This document shows positions 50,431-64,000 of a DNA stretch of 64,000 nucleotides, one piece after another. The translations under genes and the position numbers were made by a program. The stretch comes from Camelus dromedarius (lineage: Eukaryota). The number at the start of each line of letters is the position of its first letter. Within the stretch, counting starts at the first letter, position 1. The notes under the pieces were generated by a model. The model did no database searches. It saw nothing but the letters and a program-made list of their open reading frames with translations, and was not told where the DNA came from. The DNA is taken from contig NC_087436.1 in NCBI RefSeq assembly GCF_036321535.1, forward strand, positions 4,774,001 through 4,838,000, given 5' to 3'.

Positions 50431-51074
50431 CCTAAATTGAGGTAGCCCTTAGTCTGCCCAGCCTCCCTCTCTGCTGCATAATTCTTCACTCTTCTCTCTT
50501 TCTCTCTCTCTCTCTGTCCCCACCCCACCCCCCACTTAGGGACCTAAGACCCTCACACTCCTGGCACCCTCACTGTTGAAAGGTCATATACGTGAGTTCA
50601 AGATCTTATTAAAATGTGTTTAATGCTCTATGCTTTCCAGAAGTACTTCAATTTTAAGGAGGGCAAAGGAAACAAGAAGACAGGAAAGGAATGTACCCTT
50701 AATAAGACCCCAATACGTGTCTGACATGAAGGAAAAATACTTTATAAACATTTTACCAAAATCTCGCATCAATCCTATGAGGAAATGTGTCACACTTGAA
50801 CCAGAACTAGGAGGCAGGTCTGTCTGGATCCAGCAAACTGTGTATTAAATCTCAGTCCTGAAGTGCTTTTAAATCTTGACATTGTAAACCTGAGTTTCAG
50901 TTCCAACTGATACTTGCTTATAGCTTGGAATGCTTATCCAATGGGGCAATCTTCCCAGGGTCTCTGAAAAAAAGAAATCAGACATGTTGCTTAGATATTA
51001 AATATGTACCTAAGCAATCTCAGATGCTCTGACACCCTTATGCACACGCTGAACATTCATCACAGAGCAGGACA

Positions 51075-51215
51075 CGCACGGAATTCAGAGTCAACTGATC
51101 TGAGAGTTGTGCCCTTAAGCAATGAATTTACCTGTTTTTGGCATCAGTTTCCTCATCTGTGGAGTAAAGACATGAAGGTCAAATGATTGCTAGAGGTTCA
51201 TTCTGGGTCCGAGAT
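51075..51215 (+). mobile_element. MIR SINE relic
   Basis: CATCAGTTTCCTCATCTGTGGAGT core motif. Confidence 0.6.
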
Positions 51216-51227
51216 GCTCCCTTTAAT

Positions 51228-52050
51228 GTTTTTTAAATAACAGTTCAATGGAGGTATAATTCACGTACCATATAATTGGCTTTTACAGAGTGCACAATTT
51301 AGTGATTCTCAAATGGACATTCACGGAGTGTGCACTGGCTAATCTATCACCACTATCTAAGTCTACAGCATTTCCATTACAGCATTACCAGTCGCACCAG
51401 TTCCTCCCTCCCCCTGGCCCCTGGCAAGCCTGGCTTGCTTTGTCTCTCTGGATTTGCCTTTTCTGGATATTTCCCATAACTGGAACCATGCACTATGTGG
51501 TATTTTGTGCCTGGCTGGTCTCATTTAACAAAACGTTTTCAAGGTTCATCCATGTGGTAGCATGCATCCATGTTTCATCGTTTTTATTGCCAAAGACATT
51601 TGTTAATTCATTCATGATTTGATAGATATATGGGGTGTTTCCACTTTTGGGCTATTTAGAATAATGATGCTATGAACATTTGTGTGCAAGTTTCAAGCGA
51701 ACATATGTTTTTATTTTTCTTGACTAAAGGTCTAAGATTGGAATCACTGGGTCATAGGGGAACTTTATTTTGAACATTTTGAGGAACCGCCAAACTGTTT
51801 TCCAAAGCAGCTGCTCCCTGTTACGTACCCACTGGTGATGAATAAAAGTTTTATTTTTTTCACATCCTGACAACACTTGTTACGTTGTCTATCTTTTTTT
51901 ATTTCAGCCTTCCTTCTGGGTGTGAAATGATATCTCTCTGTGGTTTTTATTTGCATTTTCCTAAAACATGAGACTGGGCATCATATCCTGTGCTGATTGG
52001 ACATTTTCTTAACTTCTTAGAGAAATGTCTATTCAAATCGTTCACCCATT
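51228..52050 (-). mobile_element. L1MB-like 3' UTR/ORF2 end
   Basis: GAGGTATAATTCACGTACCATA...TTCAAGGTTCATCCATGTGGTAGCATG...TTTGAGGAACCGCCAAACTGTTTTCCAAAG. Confidence 0.9.
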
Positions 52051-55000
52051 AATTAGTCTCAAGGTGGATACAAATTAAAATTGTGTATCAGGGAAGTTAC
52101 AAAAGAATGGAAAATCGAGGACCTGAAGTTACTTGCAAATAGTGGATCCGTCCCTTTTTGGGAACACCAAGGGTGGAAGCCCACTAAAAACAGACATGTG
52201 GACAGTAAGTACGTTGCTCAGAATGGAAAAAGCTAGGAAACTACTATGCATAAGGGGTCTTGTAAGAAAGCAGTTACCATAGCAACCATGGCCTCGCGCA
52301 CTGCACTGAACGATGGGCTTTATTTCAGCCTAATCGCACAGTCTTCATGTGTTTCCTTCCCTGGGAGACAGTGTCTACACAGAGACAAGTATCCCACACG
52401 GAGAGGACTCTCTTTAATATATACTGATTAAAGTCTGAATATCAGTATTGGATGTGAAATTGTCTTCGCAGTTCCCCTTTCAGAGACACTGGGCTAAAAC
52501 AGTCCATGTAGAAGTCTAAATATAGTCCCTTCTGTCATCTGACTACAAAGAAAAGAAGAGTGAATGTGATGTTAATGGGTGCTGTGCTGTTTCTACAAGA
52601 TCATGAAATTACAACCCCTGGCTTTTCAAGTAAATTAAACTTTGCCACAACTGTTAATTGAATTGTGGTTATTCAATTATCTTTTTTTCCCCCTTCCCAC
52701 TTTGAGCTTTCCTGAGAGATAGTCACATCACAGCATCCGCTGCAGAATGGTCACACTGCTTCCCCTCTAATTAGGCTAATAGCAAACTTGACTATTATAA
52801 AACAAAGTGGAAATGCACCTTCCTCTCTACTTTCATTTTGAAAGAGAAAATGTCTGCTTTCAGAGACTGAATGAACTTTCTTGATCCCACATGCTAGTTA
52901 GCAGGTGCATGTTACAATCACTGTCCATGGATCATAACCTTATAATTATTCTGCTGGAAGACGTTTTTGTCACTTGCCAAGAGCGGAACGTGGACGAGCC
53001 CATCTCTCTCCTCTGACGTCCTCCAGTGTTTTCTGCCCACAGAAGGAGCTTTCCACAGGACGCTGAAGCTTTCCTTTTCAGTGGAATCTGACCAAGAGTA
53101 AGACAGATCTCAGCCCTGACGTCGGGGCTTGCCCTGCCACAGACAATGCCATGAAGTAAGCCAGTTGCTCTGTCATCTACTGGATTCACCCCCTAAAACT
53201 GGTACCCAAAGGTCTATTTCCTCTTCCTTAACCAAGATGATGCCTGAACTGGGACTTACCCTCATAAAATAGGCTTTTCACTTTTAAACGTTCTATTAAA
53301 TTTAAATGGGACTATTATACTATTAATGAGGCTCACTGTGGACCCCACGAGAAGCCCTTTAATTCTGAACTGTTGAAAATAACAAAAATTAAGCACAGCA
53401 CCATTTGCTGTCATCGTAGTGGGAAACCTGGTGGCTGATTTTTAAACCAACAGGGAGAAATACCAGTAGCACCATCTAGAGAAGGTTTGATTAAATCTTC
53501 TTGCCCCAGATCCTGCAGAGTGTTTCTCCTCTGCCCCCCAACAGCCCCCAGGAGTGAAAGCTCAGGGTAGAACCAGAGGGAAGGGGGGTCGCTCTGGATG
53601 GAGGAGGTGGGACGCCTGGTCCGTGTCCTGAACGAAGCCTGTCTTTGTCACCCCCGGTCCTTCTCGCCCCACGGAGAGGACACTTACAAGGCGTGCAGAG
53701 ATCGTGAGCAGCTCCATTCGGTGGCGGATTTCTTTTTTGGTCATAAGCTGTCTGTCATTTTCAATCTGTTGTCTGGATTTTGTTGAACACTTTATTCAGC
53801 TACAGCGAGACACTAACTCCCCATGGGTGACAAACGGGGGGTGAGCTAAGGTATCTTCACTCCGCCCCAAACTTTCAGCGACAGGCCTGTGTCCACAGTA
53901 GCGAAGTGAGTGTAACTCCAGGAGCCCTGCCACCCTCAGTCCCACAGCCCGGAGAGCCACCGCCTCCTGGAAACCACACTTCTCAACGTCTTTTATTTCT
54001 CTTTCTAACTATTTTTGGAAATACAGAAATAAAATGCAGGACAGTATAACCACACTAACAACAACAAGAGAAATTCTGTGATTCTTCTGTTTAATTCCAA
54101 AGACAGGAATAGACGTAGAAAAGAAAAGCTTACTCTTAGTCATCTTTTTTCCTCCCACACCTGCTTCTATTCCTCTTTCCTGATGCTCCCACATCTTCCC
54201 AAGCCCCAGGTCACAGATGCAGGTCTTCCTGGACCTCTGCCTCTCGTCCCTCCAACACAGCACCAAGGTCTGTGCCAATCACCTCTCTAATGACCCTCAA
54301 ATCCATCACCGACTCTCCATTATTCTCAGATGCAAATCAAATTACAGGTTTGCTCAAACCCCTTAATCATTCTATCAATCTCTGTCATTCCCAAGATGTT
54401 ATTTAAATTTATTAGCTCATATAAACCATGCACTTTTCCTATTTTTCAAATAATGGAGATTCAGTATGTATAATAGAATGTAAGTATAAATACAATACAA
54501 AATATGTATGAAGTTATGTGTGTATATGTATGTATACACATAGTTTTCTTCCTCTAAGCTTTTACACATTCAGAGCCCCCCTCCACCCTGTTTCAGGGCT
54601 TTCCTGGCACAGCCAGCATCCTCAGAGAACCTGCTCAGGCAAAACGAATGCTTGTCCACGTGGCCTCCCTTGACCACCACGGTTAGAGCTCGGCGTCTCA
54701 TCTCCCTCTGTGCCCACCTCTGCTTAGCACCGCTTCCTCTGTAGTGTGGCCAGGGGTCACCTTTCCTGTCTCTCTGTGTAGATGGTGAATTCATGGGAAG
54801 TGGGCTCTGCCCTGTTGCTGTCTCCACCTTGCCACACACTGAGAACCCTGTAAATGTAACCACAAGGGGTCAATGAGTGGCTAGTGCTTTGGGTACAACC
54901 CTCCTCTCTTCCAACAAATGAATGCCACCTGAATGACAGTCCACTGTTCCTGTATTGTCATAACCATTTGGAGCAACTGCTCTCCCTTTTTACGTCCTAT

Positions 55001-55379
55001 TTAAAAAGTCTGTTAAAGTAATCTTGTTTGGCACTGAGCTGTTCATCACTGTGTCTTTTCCTTCTTGCCTATAAATTCCAGACAAAGTCTGAACGACCAG
55101 TTTGAATGGGCAGCCCCTCTAGGACACGAGAACTTGCGAGATCACGCACCTCAAATAGAAAGTAACACATAGACCTGGTTCCCCTCCTCTTCTGCAGTGT
55201 GGCCCGAGGCTAAAGCTAGATTTGGAATCTCTCCCGACGGAATGTCATCTTACAGCAAAAGCTCCCATACTTTCCAGACATCTCCCAAAATTTACACCTG
55301 AGTATCAGACACGTATTGCGATTTCTCCAGGTTAGAAGCCTGGTGGGTACTTAATTCCAAAATGTGCCTCTTTCAGGGC

Positions 55380-55662
55380 ATCTCGTACCATCATTTCCTC
55401 CTACCGGTGTTCCTACAGCCACCTTGGTGTTTCCTCTGTTTCTCAAAAATGCCAAGTCCTTCCTTACTTTAGAGCCTTGACAGCAGCTTTCTCCCTTCAT
55501 GGCTTTCTTTTTACATGATATTTTTATGACTGGCTTCTTCTTGTCTTTCAGATTTTTACTTAAATCCGTATCTCCAGAAAGACCTTTTCTGATGATTCAA
55601 ACTTATTAGGCAACCAGTCTCATTATTTCATTTAAAAAATGTCTGTAGCATTTGTTACCATT
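55380..55662 (+). mobile_element. L2 3' fragment
   Basis: CCTCTGTTTCTCAAAAATGCCAAG...GGCTTCTTCTTGTCTTTCAGAT...AGACCTTTTCTGA. Confidence 0.6.
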
Positions 55663-55667
55663 TAATA

Positions 55668-57095
55668 GTTTCTTTTTAGCAGCTGTATTGAGGTATAATC
55701 GATAAAGATATATTCAATGTGAACAGTTTTGTAGTTTGGAGCATATATACACCGCAATACTATCACTGCAATCAAAGTAACAGGCGTAGCCAACGTCTTC
55801 CAGTTTCCTTGTGTCTCTTTGTGTGTGTGTGTTGCTTCCTGGGGTTTTGAATTGGTAAGAACTCTTAACATGAGACCTACCCCTTTAACAAATCCAAATG
55901 TGCATACAACCCAGTTAAGCACTCTGTGGTACACAGAGCTCTAGAATTTATTCATGTAGCACAGTGGAATTTTATACCTGTTGACATTGAATTTCTCCCA
56001 CCCCCCCACCTGTAGCAGCCCTGTTTCATCCTCTGCTTCTATGACTGACTGTTTCAGGTACCTCCCAGACGCGGAGTCATGCAGTGTTTGTCCTATGACT
56101 GATTTATTTCACAGGGCATGATCTCCTCTAGGTTCATTCATTCTATACATGTGGCAGGATTTCCTCCTTTTCAAAGCTGAATAATATTCCATTTTATGTA
56201 TATCCCATATTTTCTTTTTTCTTTATTATTTTCATTGTTGTTTTATTCTTTTTTTCCAGTTTTATTGCACTATAGTAGACATAATAGCACTGTGTAAGCC
56301 TAAAGTGTGCAGCATAGTGACTGGACTGACATACATCACAGAACGATTATCACAATCAGTTTTTTTTAGCAAACATCTATCATCTTATATAGGCACAAAA
56401 ATAAAGAAATAGAAAAAAAATTGTCCTTGTGATGAGAACTCTTAAGAGTTACTCTCAACAACTGTCATATGTAACACAGCCATGTTAATTGCATTTATCG
56501 TGTTGGACATGACATTCCTCATGCTTATTTATCTTACGACTGGAGGTTTGTACCTTTTGTCTGCACTCATCCAATTCCCCCTCTCCCTACCTCCCACCTC
56601 TGGTAACCACAGATCAGATCTATTTTTCCATGAGTTTGTTTTTGAGCATAACTGAGCCACAACTCTGTGTTAGTTCCTGTTACGCAACACAGTGAGTGGA
56701 TATTTCTATACATTTCTTGTTAGCATCTGTTGCCACACAAAGATATTACATCACTGTTGACTACATTCCCCACATTGCACATTTCATCATTGTGGCATTT
56801 ATTTTGCAGCTGGAAGTCTTATACCACATTTTCCTTATCCAGTCATCTGTCGATGGACACCTGGCTTGTTTCCAAATCTTAGCTATCGTGAGCAGTGCTG
56901 CAGTGAACCTGAGATAGCAAATATCTCTCTGAGACCCTTATTTCAAATCTCAGATGAGGACCTAGAAGCGGATTGCTGGTAGTTCTATTTTTAATGTTTA
57001 AATACACCACCATGCCGTTTTCCTTAGCCGCTGTACCATTTTACATTCCCACCAACAATGTACAATTTTTCCACAACCTTGTCAACACTTAACTT
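55668..57095 (-). mobile_element. L1MA-type 3' end with a second L1 3' end nested at about 56215-56819
   Basis: The outer element breaks at TATCCCATATTTTC (56201) and resumes at TATACCACATTTTC (56820); the inner element has its own T-rich tail. Confidence 0.8.
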
Positions 57096-57099
57096 TTGT

Positions 57100-57960
57100 T
57101 TTCTGTATTCTTCAATTCCAGAACTTCTGATTGGTTATGTTTTATGGTTTCTGTGTCTTTGTTGATGTTTTCACTTTTTAAAAAATTTTATTTTATTGAA
57201 TTATTGTCAGTTTACAAGATGTTTTCATTTTTTTTCATGTATCATATTTCTGGTTTTGATTAGTTGTCTGTGTTCTCTGATAGCTCTCTGAGCTGTGTAA
57301 GATGATTATTTTAAATTCATGGTCAGACAATTAATAGATATGTCCATTTCTTTAGGGTTAGTTACTGGAGATTTGTTGGGTTCCTTTGACAGTACGATAT
57401 TTCTCTGATTTTTTGTGCTCCTTGATAGTTTTATGTCAGTGTCTGCACATTTGAAGAGGCAACCATCTCTTCCAGTCATTATAGACTGATGCCCGCAGGG
57501 AAAATCACTTCCAATCATCCAGCCTAGAGGCTCTGGGAGCCTTTCAGTGCTTCCTGCGGACGTGCGTGCTCTGCTGAGCTTCCTCCCTCCTGATGGAGAA
57601 GTCTCAGGCTTTGTGCCTCTTCCTGGCCCAGCTGTGCTGGCTGCTGCCCCTGGGGAAGTGCCTGGGCTCAGACTCCACTTCTCCCCCGTCTTCCTGAAGG
57701 ACCAGTGTCAGGGCTGTGTGCCCTCTCCCAGCCTCACAGCGCATGAAGGCTGCTGAGACCCCTGCCCCATCTCTGTTTTCAGCTGTTCCCTGGCCTTCCA
57801 AGATGCCACCTGCCTCAGTGCTCTGAGCTGAGGGGAAGTCCAACGCCTGAGCACAGCCCCCCAAAGGCTGAGGACTTTGGATGGGTATTTTGCTCACTCT
57901 TTCACCCGAGGGGGAGATCAAACCATGGGCTGAATGGGTTGGATCTCTCTCAGCACTGAG
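57100..57960 (-). mobile_element. L1 5' UTR/ORF1-start fragment
   Basis: CTTCAATTCCAGAACTTCTGATTGG...ATGTCCATTTCTTTAGGGTTAGTTACTGGAG...TCTGCACATTTGAAGAGGCA. Confidence 0.7.
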
Positions 57961-57984
57961 CTTGGCAGACAGAGTTCTGATATG

Positions 57985-58262
57985 AATTTTAATAGGGTTA
58001 TTAGCAAGGTCTCATGAGAAAAACTACAATTCAGCCAAAATCTGAAGGCAGTAACCTATGACCCATGAAGATGTTGGGAAGAGCATCCCAGCAGGTGCAA
58101 AGGCCCTGTGGTAGGAGCATGCCTGCCATGTTGGAGGCTAGGTGGGGGCAAGTGAAACTTGGGAGAGTAAGAGGAGACCGTGTCAGATGGGTTGCTGTCC
58201 AGGAAGGGGCTGGACACCACGTGAAGGGCCTTAGGGACCACCATCAGGAATCCGGCTTTGAA
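57985..58262 (-). mobile_element. L2 3' fragment
   Basis: GTGCAAAGGCCCTGTGGTAGGAGCATGCCTGCCATGTTGGAGG. Confidence 0.75.
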
Positions 58263-58699
58263 TGTTCATCTAGTTCTCAGCCTACAGATGAACAGGACTG
58301 CCATGCTTTATTATTGCAATGCCCTTCTCTTAGAAAGAAAGTGATATTAATACACAAAACTATGGGTGTTAAACAGTGGGTAAAGAACAAAGCCATTCAT
58401 AATACATTTAAATAAGTTCAACTTTTATACTGACAAATATTTTTGTGAATAACAATCTCAAAACAATGTTTCTGGGTGAACCAAATTATAATATGATCCA
58501 AAAATTTTATCCATTTATCACCCCAAGTCATTTTCTATAAAAGACGAAGTGAGATTCTCTTAAAACTGTGATATGTTCAGGAATGTCAGTGTTCAAAGAC
58601 TCATGTGAAATTCCGTGCATGCATATGAAACCATAAAGGTGAGTAACGTTTTCAGGACTTTGAAGAACTAATTTTACCTTGATCATTATTACAGTGATG

Positions 58700-60780
58700 C
58701 CAATATCCTTTGTTTCAATTATCTACACACACTTCATTTAAAGTTGGAATTGACCTCTACATGCACTCTCTGTGTGGAGAGAGGGACCGTGGTCTTGGAT
58801 GATTCTTTTAAATTTTCTTACATGTTTCTGTATATATTTACTCACCGTCATTTATTTCATCTATTTGTGCAGCTCCCTTTTTGTCATGATTATTTATCCC
58901 CTACTTTATTTATTGATTTTTACTGCTGTTTATTTATCCATTCCAGGTTTTTCTGCTCTACTCATTTTCTAATCTTATGATTTATTCTAGTTTTATATAT
59001 ATAGTATTTTCTTAACCCCACCCCTTCTTTTCCCATTTGTTTATTTTGTTTATTTTTTACTGCTTTTTTGAGTCCATTTAAATAATTTGTGTTCAGCATC
59101 TCTTTATTGATATAAAATATAAAACTATGACATTTTCAATAAAAGTGCTCTTTAGTTATATCTCATAGGTTTTGATATTTTTGTTATGATTACATTGTGA
59201 AGTTTTGCTTCAGATTTGTTTAAGAAAGAGTTTTTAAGTTTCACATTTGAAGAGGCATTTTACTTTATGAGTCCATGGTTTTTTTGTATTATTGAATTTT
59301 GATTAGGAAGTATTTTCTGAGCTATTTTTGACTTCTTTTAAAATTTATTTAGATTTTCTTTGTGACTCAATCTGTAGCTAATTTTCTTGAGATCCTTGTG
59401 TACAGAACAGATTTAGATTTTGTTTTTGTTAACAAATTTAAAAATCTTTTCCTTAATAGGAGAGTAAAGCTACTTACATTAATATGGATCATAGTGGCCT
59501 TTTGCCTAATTTTACATTTTCTCAGTTTACAGTTACTGAAATAATTTTACTCTGTGGGCTATTTCTTGGCTCTGTGTTCATGTATGTATATGGGTCTTCT
59601 TGTGTTTTGGAAAGTTTTTATTCAGTTTTGAAAGGTTTTGATTATTTTTATTCTTATTCTTAATACACATAACTTTCTCTTAGATGCCAAGTTTTTAAAG
59701 AGAATCTCTATTGGTTCCTCACTTTGAACAACGCTAAAATGGTGTTTCCTTTTCTGTCTTTTTCACTCTTTACTGCCACACTATTTTGATCAATAATATT
59801 GCTTTCCGCAGTCTTTGACTGTGTGCTGTATTCTATTGCTATGTTTTGTTTGGGGCATAAATTATATTTATGCTGGATTTCCTCTGTCTTTTATAGACAT
59901 CATTTTCTTCCTAAATATTCTCCTTTCCCCACTGCATGTTATTATTTTTGTTTCTAGATTTGATGTCCTTTACTGTGCTTTTCATAAATTCTATTTTCCT
60001 TTGTATTCTTGCAGTATCAACTTTATTTTTATTATGCTTTGTTTGCCCTTGATTTTTTTCCCCCCTGCAACTACTGGCTCCCATTTTATTTCCTTCTGTT
60101 ACCTTGAAACAACTTTTTGGAGTTTTTATTTTTCTGATCAGTGGTTTTCTTCAACAAATATTATTAATCTATTAAGATATTTTAACTCAGGGCAAAATAT
60201 TTGGACATCAGTTTTTAACTGTTTTATGCCAATGTTTTTTTTTTTTTTCAGTAAATTTTCTTCAATTGTTATTTTTCTGTTCTTTTCCATTTTTTTTTTT
60301 TTTTGTCCCTTTTGGTATATACTTTGAATGTTGTGTCAGCAGTTGTTTTAAAATTCGCCGTTGAATGAGTTGCAGTTCCCAGAATCAGCCACCCGTAAAG
60401 GACTCCCACGGGGAGTGAGGGCCCCGTGGCGTCCACGTGACCTGATGGAGTACGACCGCGTCACCGGGAGGTGGCTCTGTCGGTAACTCTCCGCGCAGCC
60501 CCGCTTCTCTGGCCTGCGTGGGTAAAAGCTGTATCTGGAAGTCATTTTTCAGTCCTGCAGACTCGGAAAATCCTTCCCTCGTGGTTGCAAAGAATAGACA
60601 CCACTTTTCTCTGTAGAAGCTTTTCACTGTTCAGAAATGAATTTCTTTCCTGGAGCATGCTGAGATCTGCTGCCTTGAGCCATTGTCTGCAGTATTTTTC
60701 CTCCACTTCCTCTGGGGTTACTTCTGTTCCATCAAACCTACTTTTGCAAATCTTCCCACATTTGTTTTTTTCTTGCTAGT
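58700..60780 (-). mobile_element. Ancient, very decayed L1/HAL1-like region (T-rich)
   Basis: Strong T bias with antisense L1 phrases such as TTTAGTTATATCTCATAGGTTTTGATAT; family uncertain. Confidence 0.5.
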
Positions 60781-60786
60781 AATGAA

Positions 60787-61140
<354 letters not shown>

Positions 61141-61143
<3 letters not shown>

Positions 61144-61322
61144 ATTGCTACAATGTGTCAATTTCTGGTGTACAGCACAATGTCCCAGTCATGCATATAC
61201 ACACATATATTCATTTTCACATTCTTTTTTGTTAAAGGTTATTATAAGGTATTGAATATAGTTCCCTAGGCTGTACAGAAGAAATTTGTTTTTTTTTTTT
61301 TTATCTATTTTTATATATAGTG
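61141..61322 (-). mobile_element. Camelid-type L1 3' end
   Basis: ACAATGTGTCAATTTCTGGTGTACAGCACAATGTCCCAGTCATGCATATAC is the reverse complement of the 49740-49810 type sequence. Confidence 0.88.
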
Positions 61323-64000
61323 CCACATATTTTTGAATCTGAAAGTTGTATCCTCCTCTTAGCTGTGCTGAATATTTGGTTTGTGGCTTTTGAAAAAATT
61401 CTTCCTTGTTTTATACACATTCTGGGAGGAGTAGTGGAAAGATGGTGACATATTTTATCTGAGGTCTTCTGTATTGACTGAACATAGAACTTACAGTGAA
61501 AGTTGCTTTAAAAGTTGTATTTGGATTTTTTAAAAATCACCACATTTTTATTGGAGAAATATATTTTAAAATATTTTTAATCCAAATTTTTTTCTCTATC
61601 CTGGGATTCTGTTTTGGGGAAGTAGAAAGTGCCTTATTTTGGCCAATGCTTCATGTGTGCTTGCGGCTCGTACCATTTGTAAGCGCTTACTTATAGAAAC
61701 TTAGCATTCCACGGTGAGCAGTGATGAAAATATTAAATGACTTGCCCTGGGCCATAAAATAATGATCTGACTTTACCAGCTGTCAACGTCATCAACACAA
61801 GATTAGAACATTCTGTATGACAACCTGAGTCACGTCTTCCTGGCACTGTGGGAGTTTAATAGCTTGAAAATCTCTAGAATTCAGCTGAAGAACCAACTTC
61901 CAGAATCTTATTTTCATGCTTAGAAAAGGCAAATGTCAAGTGATTATGTACAATATTTAAAAGAATATATACTTTTTAAAAGGCATATAATGAAGAAAAT
62001 GTGAGCATGTCAATGGTCCAGGCTTATGCTGGTGAACATGTACCACAACTTACTAACGTGAGCCCTACGCTTCCATAGGTGATAAGAGAAATGCATTGTA
62101 TAACAGTCATTATTTAATAAAAGGAGGCTTCCTCATGTTTTAAAAGAGGTTAATTTCTAAGTACTAAGATGCAAGGAATTTTCATGTGGGTCGTTAACCC
62201 ACGAACACGGGCAGAGCATGGACGCCGTCTTTGGCAGAAGGTCCTGGTGCTTGTTTGTTTCACATGGCGGCAGGTTGATCATCTTGGTCTTTGATAAAAG
62301 CTGCAGGCCTGCTGTGGGAATGTGACCCTCACCCTGTTTGAGCAGGCTAGCTCACGGGGCCAGGGCATAGCTTTTGCCTGAGTCAGGTGTGGCTGTTTTC
62401 CATCGCAGCCTCCAGGAGACGGGAGCCTTCTCCTCCAAAGCCTGGGCCTAGATTATTTATATATCAACTGCCATAAACATCTCTCGTAGACTCAGTGATA
62501 AAAAAGATTCTCCAGCTCTTAATGATTCGCAGCTTCCAGGTCCTAATTATCTTTACGCTGATACATTTAGGTCTCTGAATTAATAAGCTGGGTTTCTTCC
62601 ATGCGATTCAGCTTCAAAGGACACCTTCCACTTGGGCCTCGAGAAACAAGACACTGGGGAAGTGTTCTGGGAAGAGTGTGAGGCGCTGCTTTGTGTGTCA
62701 GCTCAGTTCATTAACCCCGGGCCCCACCACGTCTGCCTTCTTCCTGCCCTGGTACCCAGGACACAGTGTGGGTCGGGGAGGTGGGGGGAGGTTCCAGCCT
62801 CAGTACAGCAGGGGGTGAGGAGCAGGGGTCCCCCTGCACTTTCTGCTCCAACTCTGCTCACTTTCCAACGCACTGGACCACTCCCAAACCAGTTTCCACA
62901 CTTCAAATGCTTACTAAGGAGTGAATGTCAAATTTAAGGCTGAGAGTAAGCCCTGACATATTGAATATTTTCCCACATGAACACGCTATTTGTTTATTAC
63001 TTTGTTTCATTTTCCATTTTTCTGTAAGCTGTTGTAATTTTCTCCTTTAAATTCTTACACCTTATTTTGCCCCTGGGTACATTTCTGTGTATGTATTTGT
63101 TTCTGCTGAAAATGGTATTGATCTATACAAATAAAATCCAATTTTATTTTAAAAAAAGAAGTGAGGAAAAGTCACTGAGTCACATGTGCTCCTTCCGTGG
63201 ACTCCTGGGTCCTCTGTGTCCACACTCTTCTTACCCCTCCCTGACTCTTCAGTAAAAACAAGACAAGAAAGCATCTTGAGGCTGTGCATGTAAGAAGCTT
63301 GGAAGTTGCTTCTCCACCCTGACAACAGGTAAAGAGCTGAACAGACTGGAAAATGCACAGCTCTTTAAGGTCCTTATGAGAGGTGAAGACACAGGCCAAC
63401 TGCTGCCTGCAGGACTTGGAGGGATAGGTGTACCAAGTTGGGGCTTGGGCTGGGGGCACAGTTCACCGGGGTGGAGACTCTCAAGCAGAACCAGCTCGGG
63501 CACCAGCCTTGGGGCAGGAAAACCTCAGCTGTAATCAGTGAACTGCTGGAGGCCCAGTGTGGACAAGCCTGGGAAACAAAAATCCAGGGGGACACAGTTT
63601 CGCCCTTTTTGTGAGTTTCACCTCCAGGGACCTGGCCCAGATCTCACCGTAAACACTGAAGGAAAGCCCTTGTGATTTGGGGGTGGGAGGAGAGGAACAG
63701 AGCGCTGCTCTTAACCAGACCTGCCCTCAGGAGACACTAGTCAGCTGGAGCTTATGCTGCTGGGGTGTTTTCAGAGCCTAACTGGCCGGGCAGAAGGGAA
63801 ATGCATGACTCAGACCACTCCAGCCCTCCCGTCTCACCCAAGAAGCAGAAGAAACCCTGAGATGCACTTCTGAAGCCCCCAGTTTGGGACACAGACTCCT
63901 CAGAAGACTGAGACCTGATCCCAGGCCTGAAGGGTGCACCTCCTGGCTGCACACCTCACCGCACTATGATCAGTATATGCTGAGGGCCATGATGGAGAAA

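Noticed and set aside
53562..53790. Possible minus-strand exon ending at a GTAAGT donor (53687)
   Set aside because: No convincing upstream acceptor or recognisable peptide
59815..60327. 170-aa hydrophobic ORF resembling a membrane protein
   Set aside because: T-rich antisense L1 relic yields F/L/I-rich chance ORFs; non-ATG start and no recognisable domain
61820..63185. Three AP-1 motifs (TGAGTCA) in ~1.4 kb
   Set aside because: Short motifs, too dispersed to support an enhancer call without chromatin data

Overview
Mammalian non-coding genomic DNA (intergenic or deep intronic). It is most likely camelid, which is an inference from two short tRNA-Ala-like SINEs of vic-1 type, artiodactyl-type L1 3' ends, and the absence of recognisable Alu, B1/B2, Bov-tA, PRE-1 or Can-SINE elements. 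I found no intact protein-coding gene, rRNA, true tRNA or CRISPR array. The supplied ORFs are short chance ORFs, repeat-derived or microsatellite translations; the one recognisable peptide is a decayed ERVL-class gag at about 31.1-31.4 kb. Much of the window is transposon relics. These include many L1 fragments (a ~3.3 kb decayed ORF2, young 3' ends with target-site duplications, three 5'-inverted copies), L2 and MIR pieces, five ERV1-type solo LTRs (two with perfect 4-bp TSDs), MER21, MLT1 and LTR16-like ERVL elements, MER20/MER94/Charlie-like DNA transposons and several microsatellites. I did not find convincing evidence of a novel biological system. The best leads are modest: two pre-miRNA/MITE-sized hairpins, two CpG micro-islands, a Maf/homeodomain-motif palindrome, a candidate 36-nt micro-exon, a triplicated octamer-like site in an LTR, and a 357-nt pure pyrimidine tract. 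Repeat family names come from recalled consensus sequences. Boundaries are approximate unless a TSD is quoted.
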